Below are positions 10,597 to 21,440 of a stretch of 52,507 nt of DNA, piece by piece. The notes under the pieces are model-generated. The model searched no databases. It was not told the DNA's origin and was given only the letters and a program-made list of their open reading frames with translations. The stretch comes from Rickettsiales bacterium. Its GTDB lineage: Bacteria > Pseudomonadota > Alphaproteobacteria > Rickettsiales > JBIKYU01. The stretch is taken from contig JBIKYU010000004.1 in assembly GCA_044355085.1 (NCBI GenBank), forward strand, positions 1 through 52,507, read 5' to 3'. The stretch's first letter is position 1. Every line of letters starts with the position of its first letter. The translations under genes were made by a program, and so were the position numbers.

Positions 10597-11019
10597 TTAT
10601 GGAAGAATGTCACACTCAGCAAAAAAGAATGCTACTTCGCGAGCGGCATTTTCAGAGCTATCCGAGCCATGAACAGAGTTCTCGCCAATGTTTAATGCAT
10701 GGGCTTTGCGAATTGTTCCGTCTGCAGCTTGAGCTGGATTTGTGGCTCCCATCAATTCGCGATAGGCGGCAACTGCATTCTCGCGCGCTAGAACTTGAAC
10801 CACAACAGGTGCAGAAACCATCTGCTCGACTAGTTCGCCAAAGAATGGGCGATCTTTGTGAACAGCGTAGAAACGTTGCGCGTCACGGCGACTTAAATGA
10901 ACGCGGCGCTGAGCAATAATTTGGAAGCCAGCTTCTTCAATCATGGCATTTATTTTGCCAGTTAAATTACGACGTGTAGCATCAGGCTTAAGAATGCTTA
11001 GTGTTTGTTGAATGGTCAT
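10597..11019 (-). CDS. ndk: Nucleoside diphosphate kinase
   Basis: [24 protein letters not shown]. Confidence 0.99.
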   Translation of the reverse strand: MTIQQTLSILKPDATRRNLTGKINAMIEEAGFQIIAQRRVHLSRRDAQRFYAVHKDRPFFGELVEQMVSAPVVVQVLARENAVAAYRELMGATNPAQAADGTIRKAHALNIGENSVHGSDSSENAAREVAFFFAECDILP

Positions 11020-11109
11020 GATTTTTCTCTCTAGAATAAAAACGGAAGTCCTTAGAAATCCGAAAGCGCGCGCCCTATATACGCCTGCTAGTAAAGTTGC
11101 AAGCTCTTT

Positions 11110-12615
11110 CTACAATAAGCTCTCTTGGACAAAATTAGTTTTTGGCGCTTTTGTGTTTTTCGATGTTTTTTTCTGTGGCAGATTTTTGTCTTCAGCACGG
11201 CGTATTTGCAGGCTGCCATCATGAAATTCCAGCTGATAATTCTTTTCGCTTTTTATCATTGAAGCTGAGCCAATTAGCGCGCCTTTATCATCGCGCAGCA
11301 GAGCAAATCCGCGTGATAAAATATTTTGGTAGCTAACGCTTGCGAGTAAGCGCGAGGCTTGCTGATAACTGGCACGCGAATTTTCTAAGAGCGGAGTAAT
11401 GCAATAATGTAGTCGTTTTTCAATTGCAGAAAGGCGCTCGGAGAAGCGCGCGATATTTTGTAAGAATAAATTATCGCTCCATCCTTGAAGGACAGATTTT
11501 AGGCGCATTTCAGCTTGGAGCAAATATTTTGGCAAAGCCTTTTCTAAAGCTGCTGAGCTAGTTTGAAAACGCATTTGTGTGAGATAAAATCTCTGCGGCA
11601 AACTATTTTGCATGCGCAAAATTGTCTGATCCAAATTCTGTTGAAAGAAATTGAAAAGCCGATCTGAAGAAGGAAGAGCGCGAATAATTCCGCGATAATT
11701 ATTTTCTGCTTCAGTCACGCCGCGTTGGAGTGACGAGAGAAGCCGCTGATTGTTTTGCTGGACAGTGAGCAGTAAATCTAAGCGGACTGGAACGGCGATT
11801 TCTGCTGCTGCTGTTGGTGTTGGCGCGCGCATGTCGGCGGCGTAATCAATCAAAGTGAAGTCTGTTTCATGGCCGATTGCCGAAATTATTGGAATTTTTG
11901 ACGCCGCAACGGCGCGCACGATTATTTCCTCATTAAACGCCCAGAGATCTTCTATGGAACCGCCGCCGCGCGCCACGATTAGCAGGTCGGGACGAGGTAC
12001 AATATCGCCATTTTTCTTCAAATTATTGAAGCCGGAAATGGCCTCGGCAATTTGTTTTGCGGCTTGATCGCCTTGCACTAAAACTGGCCATAATAAAACC
12101 AGACGGCCGAATCTCTCGCGCAGGCGATGCAAAATATCGCGAATCACTGCGCCACTTGGTGAGGTTATAACGCCAATTACGTCGGGCAAAAATGGCAGAG
12201 GTTTTTTTCTCTCGGCGGCGAATAAACCCTCAGCTGCAAATTGTGCTTTGCGTTTTTCTAACAGCGCCATCAAAGCGCCTTTTCCCGCTGGTTCTAGCGC
12301 TTCTATGACTAGTTGATATTGCGATTTTCCGCCGTAAGTTGTGATTTTTCCTGTGGCGATAACTTCCATTCCATCTTCTGGTGCGATGGCAAAACGCGCG
12401 GCAACTCCGCGCCAACAAACGGCAGAAATGACGCTTTGTTGATCTTTAAGCGATAGATAAATATGCCCAGAAGGAGCAGCTTTCAGGCCTGAAATTTCTC
12501 CACGCACACGCACATATGAAAATGCGCCTTCAACCACTTGTTTAATTGCATGTGATAATTCACCTACGGAAAAAACAGGAACATTATCCGTATCGGCTGG
12601 AAAAGTCGGTGACAT
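11110..12615 (-). CDS. xseA: Exodeoxyribonuclease VII large subunit
   Basis: VRVRGEISG, ARGGGSIEDLWAFNEE, SAIGHETD, RAPTPTAAAE. Confidence 0.98.
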   Translation of the reverse strand: MSPTFPADTDNVPVFSVGELSHAIKQVVEGAFSYVRVRGEISGLKAAPSGHIYLSLKDQQSVISAVCWRGVAARFAIAPEDGMEVIATGKITTYGGKSQYQLVIEALEPAGKGALMALLEKRKAQFAAEGLFAAERKKPLPFLPDVIGVITSPSGAVIRDILHRLRERFGRLVLLWPVLVQGDQAAKQIAEAISGFNNLKKNGDIVPRPDLLIVARGGGSIEDLWAFNEEIIVRAVAASKIPIISAIGHETDFTLIDYAADMRAPTPTAAAEIAVPVRLDLLLTVQQNNQRLLSSLQRGVTEAENNYRGIIRALPSSDRLFNFFQQNLDQTILRMQNSLPQRFYLTQMRFQTSSAALEKALPKYLLQAEMRLKSVLQGWSDNLFLQNIARFSERLSAIEKRLHYCITPLLENSRASYQQASRLLASVSYQNILSRGFALLRDDKGALIGSASMIKSEKNYQLEFHDGSLQIRRAEDKNLPQKKTSKNTKAPKTNFVQESLL

Positions 12616-12772
12616 AGGGTGGTTGCGCTCCTTGGCGATCTCTGTATATACCGATGGAAGTTAAAAAATGGCTGCAAATTTTCTGGAAAAATTTTTCCTG
12701 CTCAAGCGAGATTGTTTTTTTCAAAAAAATAGATTTATGCGAGTGCAGATAAAAAACCACAAGGATTTTCTT

Positions 12773-14047
12773 ATGCGGATATTACTGATTGGTTCTGGCG
12801 GGCGCGAACATGCTTTGGCTGATGCAATAAAACGCTCAAAACATACTAGCGCATTATTCGTTGCGCCTGGAAATGCAGGAATTGCAAAGATTTCACAATG
12901 TGTGCAAATCACAACCAATGCAGAAATTCTTAATTTCTGCTTAGTTGAGAAAATAGATTTTGTTGTGGTTGGGCCAGAAGCTCCGCTCGTAGACGGGCTG
13001 GCAGATATTTTGCGCGCAGCGGGAATAAAAGTTTTTGGGCCAGCAAAAATTGCCGCGCAGCTTGAAGGCTCAAAAGCGTTTATGAAAAATATTTGCGCCA
13101 AATATAATATTCCTTCAGCGAGATTTGCGGCGTTTAGCGAAGCAGCTGCAGCGATAAAATTCGCTCATAGTCTTGCATTGCCAGTGGTAGTAAAGGCCGA
13201 TGGATTGGCTGCGGGAAAAGGTGTGGTTATCGCTGAAAATTACGCTGAGGCTGAATCGGCAATTAGCGGCATGCTTTCTGGTAATAGTTTCGGAAATGCA
13301 GGGAAAACAATAGTTATAGAAGAATTTTTAGTTGGCGAAGAAATCAGTTTATTTGCTCTTTGTGATGGCAGAGACGCGGTTTATTTTGGTTCGGCGCAAG
13401 ATCACAAACGCGTTGGCGATGGTGATACTGGTCCAAATACAGGTGGCATGGGAACATACGCGCCCGCACCTATTCTTACTGATAATTTACGCGACAAAAT
13501 AATGAGAGAGCTGATAAAACCTACTGTTTCTGCGCTTATTGGCGAGGGCATAGATTATCGCGGTGTTTTATTCGCAGGAATTATGATTACGGCAGAAGGT
13601 CCAAAATTGTTAGAATATAACATTCGCTTTGGTGATCCTGAAACACAAGTTTTGATGGCGCGACTTGAGTCAGATTTAGTAGAGCATCTGCTTGCAACAG
13701 AAAACGGAAATGTTGCTGAGCAAAAAATTCAAATGCGTGAAGAGGCGGCAATTTGTGTGGTGATGGCGAGTGCAGGCTATCCTGGAAGTTTTGTAAAAAA
13801 TACGGTGATAAAAAATCTTGAGCAGGCTGAGGAAATTCCAAATGTTACGATATATCATGCGGCAACGCGGCGCGAAGAAAATGGCGATATAACTGCGCAA
13901 GGTGGCCGCGTGTTAGGCGTAACTGCAATTGGCAAAACCGTTGTTGCGGCGAGAGAGAGCGCTTATCAAGCGGTTGATGCAATAAATTGGCCCGAAGGTT
14001 TTTGTCGTCGTGATATTGCTTGGCGTGCAATTCCTTTGAAGGTTTAG
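12773..14047 (+). CDS. purD: Phosphoribosylamine-glycine ligase
   Basis: [14 protein letters not shown] start (ATG 12773), [30 protein letters not shown]. Confidence 0.98.
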   Translation: MRILLIGSGGREHALADAIKRSKHTSALFVAPGNAGIAKISQCVQITTNAEILNFCLVEKIDFVVVGPEAPLVDGLADILRAAGIKVFGPAKIAAQLEGSKAFMKNICAKYNIPSARFAAFSEAAAAIKFAHSLALPVVVKADGLAAGKGVVIAENYAEAESAISGMLSGNSFGNAGKTIVIEEFLVGEEISLFALCDGRDAVYFGSAQDHKRVGDGDTGPNTGGMGTYAPAPILTDNLRDKIMRELIKPTVSALIGEGIDYRGVLFAGIMITAEGPKLLEYNIRFGDPETQVLMARLESDLVEHLLATENGNVAEQKIQMREEAAICVVMASAGYPGSFVKNTVIKNLEQAEEIPNVTIYHAATRREENGDITAQGGRVLGVTAIGKTVVAARESAYQAVDAINWPEGFCRRDIAWRAIPLKV

Positions 14048-14051
14048 CGTT

Positions 14052-14771
14052 TTATTCTTTTGAGCGACGGCGATCATGCCAGAAATGTAGGCGGCAGCTT
14101 TTTGTTGCGTTGTTATTTTGGTAAGTGGCAGAGCTGCTGGCGATGCTGTTATCAACACATGATGAGGTGGAAAAATCATCGCCCCAACTAGCATAGATAT
14201 AGCCATTTGAAGCGAGGCCGTCATCGGCTTTGCGGTCAATATTCTCTGCATCGGCTGCGGTAAAGGCGCCGAAATGCGCGACGCTATCGGTATCGGGTGA
14301 ATTGATTTTTGCAACGTCAATACTGTGGCCAGTGAAATTATAAATCGCAGTGCTATGTGTGCGGAAACTATAGACGATATCGCCATTTCCAACAGGCGCG
14401 ACTGGAACATTTTGTCCGGGAATTATTCTGGTTGGGCTGGGTACGCCTGTGAAGTTGGTTTCAATTTCGCGTGCGAGGCTTAAATGTTGCCAGCTTCTTA
14501 AAGCTTCAGCGGTTTCTTCAACTTGCCAATCGCCGTCACCATTGCCAGTTACGCCGCCGCTCCAATAAGTTGTGGCGAGAGGAAAATCGCCAGGCAAATA
14601 TTTAAAACGCTCGTTAAAGCGCTCAATTGCGCCTTCGTAAGCTTCCACCCAAGCGATGAGAGACCTATTTTGTGCGGCTTTGCGAAGATGTGCGCCACCC
14701 AAAACTCCGCTGATTAAAAGGCCAGCAACAGCAAGAACAATGGCTAATTCAACTAAGGTAAAGCCGCGCAT
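14052..14771 (-). CDS. Prepilin-type N-terminal cleavage/methylation protein (type IV pilin/pseudopilin-like)
   Basis: MRG|FTLVELAIVL class III signal peptide with Glu5; YLPGD and IDRKADDG motifs; C-terminal Cys pair. Confidence 0.88.
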   Translation of the reverse strand: MRGFTLVELAIVLAVAGLLISGVLGGAHLRKAAQNRSLIAWVEAYEGAIERFNERFKYLPGDFPLATTYWSGGVTGNGDGDWQVEETAEALRSWQHLSLAREIETNFTGVPSPTRIIPGQNVPVAPVGNGDIVYSFRTHSTAIYNFTGHSIDVAKINSPDTDSVAHFGAFTAADAENIDRKADDGLASNGYIYASWGDDFSTSSCVDNSIASSSATYQNNNATKSCRLHFWHDRRRSKE

Positions 14772-14819
14772 ATGATTATCCTTTGAGGATTTTTTTGAAA
14801 GATTTTTGCAAGTTAGAAT

Positions 14820-15512
14820 TTACGGACGATACTGCCAAGTAAAAAATAATGGTGTGCGTCCTGCTTGGTTGGCTTTTTCGTGATAGCGTGTTGGTTGCCA
14901 ATGTGAAAAGGGCTTTTCCCAAGTTGATTTCTCAGGATTAAGCCAATAAAACATAGGCATTTCCTGCATTGTGGCGATTATCCATTCTGCATAATTGTGA
15001 TCATCAGTAGCGATTTGCAATGTGCCGTTTGCAACGAAGATGCGTGCGAGCATTTTTATAAGATCAGCGTTGATTAGGCGGCGCTTATGATGGCGATTTT
15101 TCGGCCAAGGATCAGGAAATAAAATAAAGGCGGAATGAATCGAATCACCTGGTAAGCGGCTGAGCAAAAGCCTGACATCGAAAGGCCAGATGGCAAGATT
15201 TTTAAGCTTAGCTAAGTCAGCCTCGGCAATAAGATGCGCAACGCCATTTAGAAATGGTTCGGCTCCAACCCAGGCATATTCAGGATTTGCTAGGGCTTGG
15301 CTGAGCAAATGGTCACCAGTGCCGAAGCCAATTTCTAACGCAAATTTTTTATGTTGCGGAAAATATTCTGTGAGAGAAATATCGCCATTTTCTGGTAAGG
15401 CGTAATGCGAGAGGCGCTCAGCCAATAGCTGATGATGGTGTGGTTGCAAGCGTGCGCGGATGCGTCCAAAAGAACGCAGCCACGGGGCGCTAGAGTAATC
15501 CTTTGAGTTCAT
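14820..15512 (-). CDS. trmB: tRNA (guanine-N7)-methyltransferase
   Basis: [32 protein letters not shown]. Likely start ATG 15512, overlapping the metK end. Confidence 0.96.
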   Translation of the reverse strand: MNSKDYSSAPWLRSFGRIRARLQPHHHQLLAERLSHYALPENGDISLTEYFPQHKKFALEIGFGTGDHLLSQALANPEYAWVGAEPFLNGVAHLIAEADLAKLKNLAIWPFDVRLLLSRLPGDSIHSAFILFPDPWPKNRHHKRRLINADLIKMLARIFVANGTLQIATDDHNYAEWIIATMQEMPMFYWLNPEKSTWEKPFSHWQPTRYHEKANQAGRTPLFFTWQYRP

Positions 15513-16674
15513 GCACAAGATCCGTACGTTCCCAGGAAAAATGGCCTTCTGCATCAGCTGTGCGGCCGAAATGTCCGTAGGCAGCAGTTTTTTGATAGAT
15601 TGGCCGGTTCAGTCCTAAATGCGTGCGAATGCCGCGCGGTGAAAGATCAACAAGTTCAGGAAGAATTTTTTCTAATTTTCTCTCATCGACGCGACCAGCT
15701 CCATGCGTTGAAACATAGAAAGCAAGAGGCTTTGCTACGCCTATCGCATAGGCGATTTGAATTGTGCATTGCTCTGCAAGTTCAGCAGCAACAATATTTT
15801 TTGCTAAATAGCGCGCAACGTAAGCGGCGGAGCGATCAACTTTTGTTGGATCTTTTCCGGAGAATGCGCCGCCGCCATGCGGAGCTGCGCCGCCGTAAGT
15901 ATCAACGATAATTTTGCGGCCAGTTAAACCGGCATCACCATCTGGTCCGCCGATCACGAATTTGCCAGTTGGGTTTACCAGAAACCTAGATTCATCACAC
16001 ATCCAGCCATCTGGAAGAGCTTCAAGAACGAAAGGTCTAACAATATCGCGCACTTGTGCTGTGGTTGCGTCTTCGTGATGTTGAGTGGAGACGAGAATGT
16101 TTTCTGCTTTCACAGGTTTGCCATTTTCATAAAGAAGCGTCACTTGTGCTTTTGCGTCTGGTCCTAGAGCTGGCGCTTTTCCTGCATGACGCGCATCAGC
16201 AAGTAAGCGCAAAATATTATGCGCGTAGTAAATTGGTGCGGGCATGAGAGAAATTGTCTCGCGGCAAGCATAACCAAACATAATTCCTTGATCTCCAGCG
16301 CCTTCGTCTTTATCGGTGCTGGCATCAACTCCGCGCGCGATATCGGCAGATTGTTCGTGTAGAAGAATATCGATTTTGGCTTTCTTCCAGTGGAAACCAT
16401 CTTGTTCATAGCCGATATTGCGAATGGTTTGGCGGGTTACTTCTTCTAATTCTGCGAAAGTAATACTTTCAGGGCCGCGTACTTCTCCAGCAATTACAAC
16501 GCGGTTTGTTGTAGCTAGAGTTTCAATTGCAGCGCGTGCTTGCGGATCGGCTTTAAGATAGACATCAACAATTGCATCAGAAATTTGGTCGCAGATTTTA
16601 TCGGGATGTCCTTCAGATACGGATTCACTGGTGAAAACATAACGGTCTTTTCGTTGAAGGAAGCTTGAGAACAC
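15490..16674 (-). CDS. metK: S-adenosylmethionine synthetase
   Basis: [35 protein letters not shown]. Confidence 0.99.
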   Translation of the reverse strand: MFSSFLQRKDRYVFTSESVSEGHPDKICDQISDAIVDVYLKADPQARAAIETLATTNRVVIAGEVRGPESITFAELEEVTRQTIRNIGYEQDGFHWKKAKIDILLHEQSADIARGVDASTDKDEGAGDQGIMFGYACRETISLMPAPIYYAHNILRLLADARHAGKAPALGPDAKAQVTLLYENGKPVKAENILVSTQHHEDATTAQVRDIVRPFVLEALPDGWMCDESRFLVNPTGKFVIGGPDGDAGLTGRKIIVDTYGGAAPHGGGAFSGKDPTKVDRSAAYVARYLAKNIVAAELAEQCTIQIAYAIGVAKPLAFYVSTHGAGRVDERKLEKILPELVDLSPRGIRTHLGLNRPIYQKTAAYGHFGRTADAEGHFSWERTDLVHELKGLL

Positions 16675-16733
16675 TGGATTTCTCTCAATTTGCGGTGATT
16701 GTTACAAAATGATTTGGAAAAATTAGGCGGGCA

Positions 16734-16799
16734 TTGCTAGAGAATTTATTGTTAAAGTCAAGGATGAAGCTTGACAGTGAAGGCGGCTGTGCGTATCAA
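16734..16799. promoter_or_regulatory. Back-to-back sigma-70-like promoters for metK (-) and rpsT (+)
   Basis: Plus: TTGACA(16771)-N17-TATCAA. Minus: TTGACT(16761)-N16-TAGCAA. Confidence 0.55.
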
Positions 16800-16865
16800 G
16801 CCAGGCCCGTTTTTATGGGATCAGTGTTATAGGGAAATAGTGAATTAATTTTCAGGAGTCGCTCA

Positions 16866-17132
16866 ATGGCGAACACTAAATCAGCTAAAAAAGCCGCGCG
16901 CCGCGCGGACCGTCGTCAAATTATCAACGCAGCACGCAAAAGCCGTGTGCGTGGATTTATTCGCAAAGTAGAAGAAGCTATTTTGGGCGGAGAAAAAACT
17001 AAAGCAGTAGAGGCTCTTCGCGTTGCTGAATCTGAAATAATGCGCGGTGTTGGTAAAAATGTTGTGCATAAAAATACTGCTGCACGCAAGGTAAGCCGCC
17101 TGTCTAAGCGCGTTAAGGCTTTGGCTTCTTAA
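16866..17132 (+). CDS. rpsT: 30S ribosomal protein S20
   Basis: [24 protein letters not shown]; AGGAG RBS. Confidence 0.99.
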   Translation: MANTKSAKKAARRADRRQIINAARKSRVRGFIRKVEEAILGGEKTKAVEALRVAESEIMRGVGKNVVHKNTAARKVSRLSKRVKALAS

Positions 17133-17155
17133 GCGATTTTTTGTTTGCGGATATT

Positions 17156-17196
17156 CTAAAAACTAGAAACATTTTCTGTGGTTTTTAGTTTTTTTT
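17156..17196 (+). terminator. Probable rpsT terminator
   Basis: CTAAAAAC...GTTTTTAG stem followed by T8. Confidence 0.55.
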
Positions 17197-17324
17197 AGGC
17201 AAATCAAATTTATGCTCGCTTTGACTTAAGCTTGGTGTTTTTCCTTGCCAAGCGGAATTTCCCTGCCTTATACCTCAAGCTTTACGGCTATTGTTTAAGC
17301 GAAAGAATTTTGGGGGATGTCTTC

Positions 17325-18569
17325 ATGCTTGCGGTTCAACGCAATTCCGAAAAAAAATTGCTGGAAATGGTGCAAAGTCTGAAGGACGCATCAGCTGGTT
17401 ATTATGGTGTGCATTTCCATTTTTCTGAGCTGCAGACGCAATATCGCAGCGAATATCAAATTAAAATCGCGGTGAATATTATCACTGACACTTTCAAAGG
17501 TCAGGATGGCGTGGTTTTCGTGTGTAAAGATAATGATCTTTTCATGCTTTATCACGGTGTTGAGCGGACTTTTATAGAAAAAGCAGTTTTTCAATTGCGC
17601 TATTTGTTCATGGATGATCCTCTGGCTTATAACGATGAGGGCTTTGAGAACGAGGATTTTGCCTCGGTTTATGATCTTGAATTTCAAGCAAAAGAATTTT
17701 TGAATTTATGTCGTCGCAAAGTTGTTGGTGGCGATACGCGTGACCCTTCTGTGCGGTCGGAGATCCTAGAAAAAAGACAAAGCAAGAGCGTAGGAAATTA
17801 TGGCGACCGCCATAAAATGCAGCTTTTTCAGGCCTCTCATTTGGCGAATATAGAAAGTGATATTAGGGTAACTGATATTGGCCCAGCTCTTAGAAGTCAG
17901 CCAGTGTGTGCGTTTGCAGCGGGGAAGCCTGCAAAACCTGTATTTGAAGAGGTTTATGTTCATATCGCGCATTTGCGCAAAATGATGCGTCTGGATGTAG
18001 ATTTTTTAAGCAGCCGACCACTGTTTAAGCATCTAACAGAAATATTGGATAAGCGAGTTTTGAATTTAATGAACACGCAGCCAACGCAATATTTTAAAGT
18101 TCCGATGAGTCTGAATTTAAATATCAAAAGCCTGATAACCGAGGAATTCGCTGCTTTTGATGCGATGGTTCCAGCAAAATTTAAAACATCAGTGATTGTG
18201 GAAGTTCATATTGCGGATGTATTTGAAGATATTTCCACTTTTATGATTGCCTGCAAAGCAGTGCAAAAGCTTGGTTACAGAGTTTGTCTGGATGGTCTAA
18301 ATAGTTTGAGCTTCAAACAAATTGATCGCGAGCTTCTAGGTGTTGATATGGTGAAGCTGCAATGGAACCCTGAAATGCAAGCCTCCAATGATGATCCCGA
18401 AAATATTCTATTGCGGCAAAAAGTTCAGCAATTCAACCCGCACCGCGTGATTCTATGCTGGTGCGATAACGACAGCGCCATCTCCTACGGTCATGCGCTT
18501 GGAATTTCGCTTTTTCAAGGGCGGTATCTTGATCGGATAGTTAATCCCAGTGCTAAGGTCACAAACTAA
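17325..18569 (+). CDS. Degenerate EAL-domain-like protein
   Basis: C-terminal EAL-like order QPV...SLNLN...IVEV...GYRVCLDG...DMVKL...GISLFQG, without intact EAL/DDFG motifs. Start ATG 17325 behind GGGGGA. Confidence 0.75.
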   Translation: MLAVQRNSEKKLLEMVQSLKDASAGYYGVHFHFSELQTQYRSEYQIKIAVNIITDTFKGQDGVVFVCKDNDLFMLYHGVERTFIEKAVFQLRYLFMDDPLAYNDEGFENEDFASVYDLEFQAKEFLNLCRRKVVGGDTRDPSVRSEILEKRQSKSVGNYGDRHKMQLFQASHLANIESDIRVTDIGPALRSQPVCAFAAGKPAKPVFEEVYVHIAHLRKMMRLDVDFLSSRPLFKHLTEILDKRVLNLMNTQPTQYFKVPMSLNLNIKSLITEEFAAFDAMVPAKFKTSVIVEVHIADVFEDISTFMIACKAVQKLGYRVCLDGLNSLSFKQIDRELLGVDMVKLQWNPEMQASNDDPENILLRQKVQQFNPHRVILCWCDNDSAISYGHALGISLFQGRYLDRIVNPSAKVTN

Positions 18570-18691
18570 TACCTTCATATTTTTTGTATTACGTCGTTAG
18601 AGCTGGCGGTTTTTAAGCTCATGTACGTTTTAGTACATTCAAGCTTAAAACCCTTGCTCTTCCTAGTACTAGCAGAAAATCTGAAGGTATT
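18568..18691. repeat. Palindromic MITE-like element (RPE-like)
   Basis: Terminal IR AATACCTTCATATTTTTTG / CAGAAAATCTGAAGGTATT (17/19 match) and nested inner palindrome TTTTAAGCTCATGTAC-gtttta-GTACATTCAAGCTTAAAA. Confidence 0.75.
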
Positions 18692-18749
18692 TGGGGAAGC
18701 ATATTTTTTGTATTACGTCGTTAGAGCTGGCGGTTTTTAAGCTCATGTA
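18576..18749 (+). repeat. Exact 50-bp direct repeat (18576-18625 and 18700-18749)
   Basis: CATATTTTTTGTATTACGTCGTTAGAGCTGGCGGTTTTTAAGCTCATGTA occurs twice. Confidence 0.97.
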
Positions 18750-18793
18750 ATTTGCCGCAGAAAAATCTTCCAGATTTTTATATTTGCTTTGCC

Positions 18794-18821
18794 CTTGTCT
18801 TGTGGAAACTAAGGCATATAT
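18794..18821 (+). promoter_or_regulatory. Probable RpoH promoter of clpB
   Basis: CTTG-N17-CATATAT upstream of a heat-shock gene; same architecture as the groES promoter. Confidence 0.6.
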
Positions 18822-18857
18822 GGCTCTCAGCCAGTTTGTTTTTTGAAGGAGAGCATC

Positions 18858-21440
18858 GTGCAGTTAAATCAATTCACGGAAAAAGCCAGGAATATAATTA
18901 TAGCAGCGCAGAACCGTGCAGTGGCACAAGGTCACCAGAAATTTTCACCAGAACATATTTTGGCCATGTTACTTGATGATGCGGGTGAGGCAGGAGAAAA
19001 TCTTGCAGTTAGAGTTTTGCTATCAAGCGGTGCGCAGGTTGGCGGTATAAGGGAAGGATTGCAGCGGTTGTTGGCGGCTTTTCCGAAAATTTCAGGATCA
19101 GGTTCAGGTCAGATTTTTTTAGCAGCAGAGACGGCAAAGATTTTAGAAGAAGCTTTGAAGTTTGCACAAAAAGCACAGGATCAATTCGTCACATTGGAGC
19201 GTTTGCTGCAGGCTTTGGCGACAGTGGATTCTGCAGTTTCACGACTGTTGCGCGATAATGGTGTGAGCTTAGAAAAACTAGATGCAGCAATCGCGCTGAT
19301 GCGGCGGGGAAGAACGGCGGATAATGAGCAGGCGGAGGATAATTTCGAAGCTTTGCGCAAATATGCGACTGATCTTACGCAAGCAGCAGCGCAGGGAAAA
19401 TTAGATCCAGTAATTGGGCGCGATGAAGAAATTCGTAGAACAATTCAGGTTCTATCACGACGCACAAAAAATAATCCAGTTTTAATTGGCGAGCCAGGAG
19501 TCGGAAAAACCGCGGTGGTTGAGGGGTTGGCCGCGCGTATGGTTGCTGGTGATGTGCCAGAAAATATGAAAAATTGTCGCTTGCTGAGTTTAGATCTTGG
19601 GGCATTAATTGCGGGGGCAAAATTTCGCGGTGAATTTGAAGAGCGCTTGAAATCGGTGTTGAAGGAAATTCAAGCCGCTGAAGGTGAGGTAATTTTATTT
19701 ATCGACGAGCTGCATACGTTAGTTGGTGCTGGTGCGGCAGAGGGCGCGATGGATGCTTCAAATCTACTGAAGCCCGCTTTGGCGCGCGGAGAACTGCACT
19801 GCGTTGGTGCTACGACATTAAATGAATATCGAAAACATATCGAAAAAGATGCGGCGCTGGCGCGGAGATTTCAGACGATTTTTGTCTCGGAGCCAACGGT
19901 TGAAGACAGTATTTCGATATTGCGTGGCTTGAAAGAAAAATATGAACTGCATCACGGCGTGCAAATTGCAGATAGCGCTGTGGTTGCGGCAGCGACTTTG
20001 TCGAATCGTTATATAACTGATCGGTTTCTTCCTGATAAAGCGATAGATCTGATGGATGAAGCGGCAAGTCGTTTGCGGATGGAGGCTGATAGCAAGCCAG
20101 AGGAAATGGATGAACTTGATCGCAGAATTATTCAGTTAAAAATTGAAGCAGAAGTTTTGAAAAAAGAAAAAGATGCAGCTGCAAAGGAAAGATTAGAAAA
20201 AATAAATTCAGAACTTGAAGATCTGGGCCAGAAGGCCGCAGATTTCAACAGTAATTGGCAGGCTGAGAAATTAAAAATGCAGCGGGCGCAGAAGCTGAAA
20301 GAGCAAATCGATGCAGCGCGGCATGAGCTGGAAATTGTTCAGCGCAAAGGTGATTTAGCGCGCGCTGGAGAGATTACATACGGCGTGATTCCGCAATTGC
20401 AGAAAGATCTCGAAAATGCCGAGAAAGAGTCAGGAAAAATGCGGCTATTGCGTGAGTCGGTTGCGGCTGAGGATATTGCTGCGATTGTGTCGCGCTGGAC
20501 GGGAGTTCCGGTTGAGAAAATGCTGGAAGGAGAGCGAGAAAAATTAGTAAAAATGGAGGAAGTAATTGGCCAGACAGTTATTGGTCAGGCAGAAGCCATT
20601 CATGCGGTTAGTAATGCGGTAAGGCGCGCGCGTGCTGGTTTGCAGGATCAAGAGCGCCCGCTTGGTTCATTCTTGTTTTTAGGTCCAACGGGAGTTGGAA
20701 AAACGGAGCTCTCTAAAACATTGGCGCAGTTTTTATTCGATGATAAAGCAGCTTTGCTTAGAGTTGATATGTCGGAATATATGGAGAAACATGCGGTTTC
20801 GCGCTTGATTGGAGCGCCTCCAGGTTATGTTGGTTATGATGAAGGCGGCGCTTTGACTGAGGCGGTGCGTAGGCGTCCTTATCAAGTGATTTTATTTGAT
20901 GAGGTCGAGAAAGCACATCCCGATGTTTTCAATGTTCTGCTGCAGGTTCTGGATGAAGGAAGGCTTACTGACGGTCAGGGGCGCACGGTTGATTTTCGTA
21001 ACACGATTATAATTTTGACATCAAATTTGGGCTCAGATTTATTGGCTCATATGGCAGATGGTGCGGCGGTTGATCAAGTGCGTGCGCCAGTGATGGAAAT
21101 AGTTAAGCAGACATTTAGGCCGGAATTTTTAAATCGCTTGGATGAAATTATTTTGTTTCATCGTTTGGCGCGTTCGCATATGGGCGCAATTGTTGAGGTG
21201 CAGCTTGAGCGGCTGCGCTCTTTATTGTTGGCGCGCAATTTGACTTTGCAATTAACATCAGAGGCAAAAGAATGGTTGGCTGAGCGCGGTTATGATCAGA
21301 TTTACGGTGCGCGTCCGCTTAAGCGCGTTATCCAGCAATATGTACAAAATCCGCTCGCAGTGATGCTGTTGGATGGAAAAGTAAAAGCGGGCGAAACAGT
21401 AAAATTAGCGGTTAGTGAAGGGCAGCTAGTGTTCGCGTGA
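18858..21440 (+). CDS. clpB: ATP-dependent disaggregase ClpB
   Basis: Two AAA+ domains ([16 protein letters not shown]), coiled-coil middle domain, GYVGY pore loop. GTG start 18858 behind AAGGAG. Confidence 0.99.
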   Translation: MQLNQFTEKARNIIIAAQNRAVAQGHQKFSPEHILAMLLDDAGEAGENLAVRVLLSSGAQVGGIREGLQRLLAAFPKISGSGSGQIFLAAETAKILEEALKFAQKAQDQFVTLERLLQALATVDSAVSRLLRDNGVSLEKLDAAIALMRRGRTADNEQAEDNFEALRKYATDLTQAAAQGKLDPVIGRDEEIRRTIQVLSRRTKNNPVLIGEPGVGKTAVVEGLAARMVAGDVPENMKNCRLLSLDLGALIAGAKFRGEFEERLKSVLKEIQAAEGEVILFIDELHTLVGAGAAEGAMDASNLLKPALARGELHCVGATTLNEYRKHIEKDAALARRFQTIFVSEPTVEDSISILRGLKEKYELHHGVQIADSAVVAAATLSNRYITDRFLPDKAIDLMDEAASRLRMEADSKPEEMDELDRRIIQLKIEAEVLKKEKDAAAKERLEKINSELEDLGQKAADFNSNWQAEKLKMQRAQKLKEQIDAARHELEIVQRKGDLARAGEITYGVIPQLQKDLENAEKESGKMRLLRESVAAEDIAAIVSRWTGVPVEKMLEGEREKLVKMEEVIGQTVIGQAEAIHAVSNAVRRARAGLQDQERPLGSFLFLGPTGVGKTELSKTLAQFLFDDKAALLRVDMSEYMEKHAVSRLIGAPPGYVGYDEGGALTEAVRRRPYQVILFDEVEKAHPDVFNVLLQVLDEGRLTDGQGRTVDFRNTIIILTSNLGSDLLAHMADGAAVDQVRAPVMEIVKQTFRPEFLNRLDEIILFHRLARSHMGAIVEVQLERLRSLLLARNLTLQLTSEAKEWLAERGYDQIYGARPLKRVIQQYVQNPLAVMLLDGKVKAGETVKLAVSEGQLVFA

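Noticed and set aside
16675-16735. SAM riboswitch in the metK leader
   Set aside because: The leader is short and shows no recognisable SAM-II or SAM-SAH motif by eye.
18576-18749. Mini CRISPR array
   Set aside because: Only two 50-bp copies, the 74-bp interval is the complementary arm of a palindrome, and there are no cas genes.
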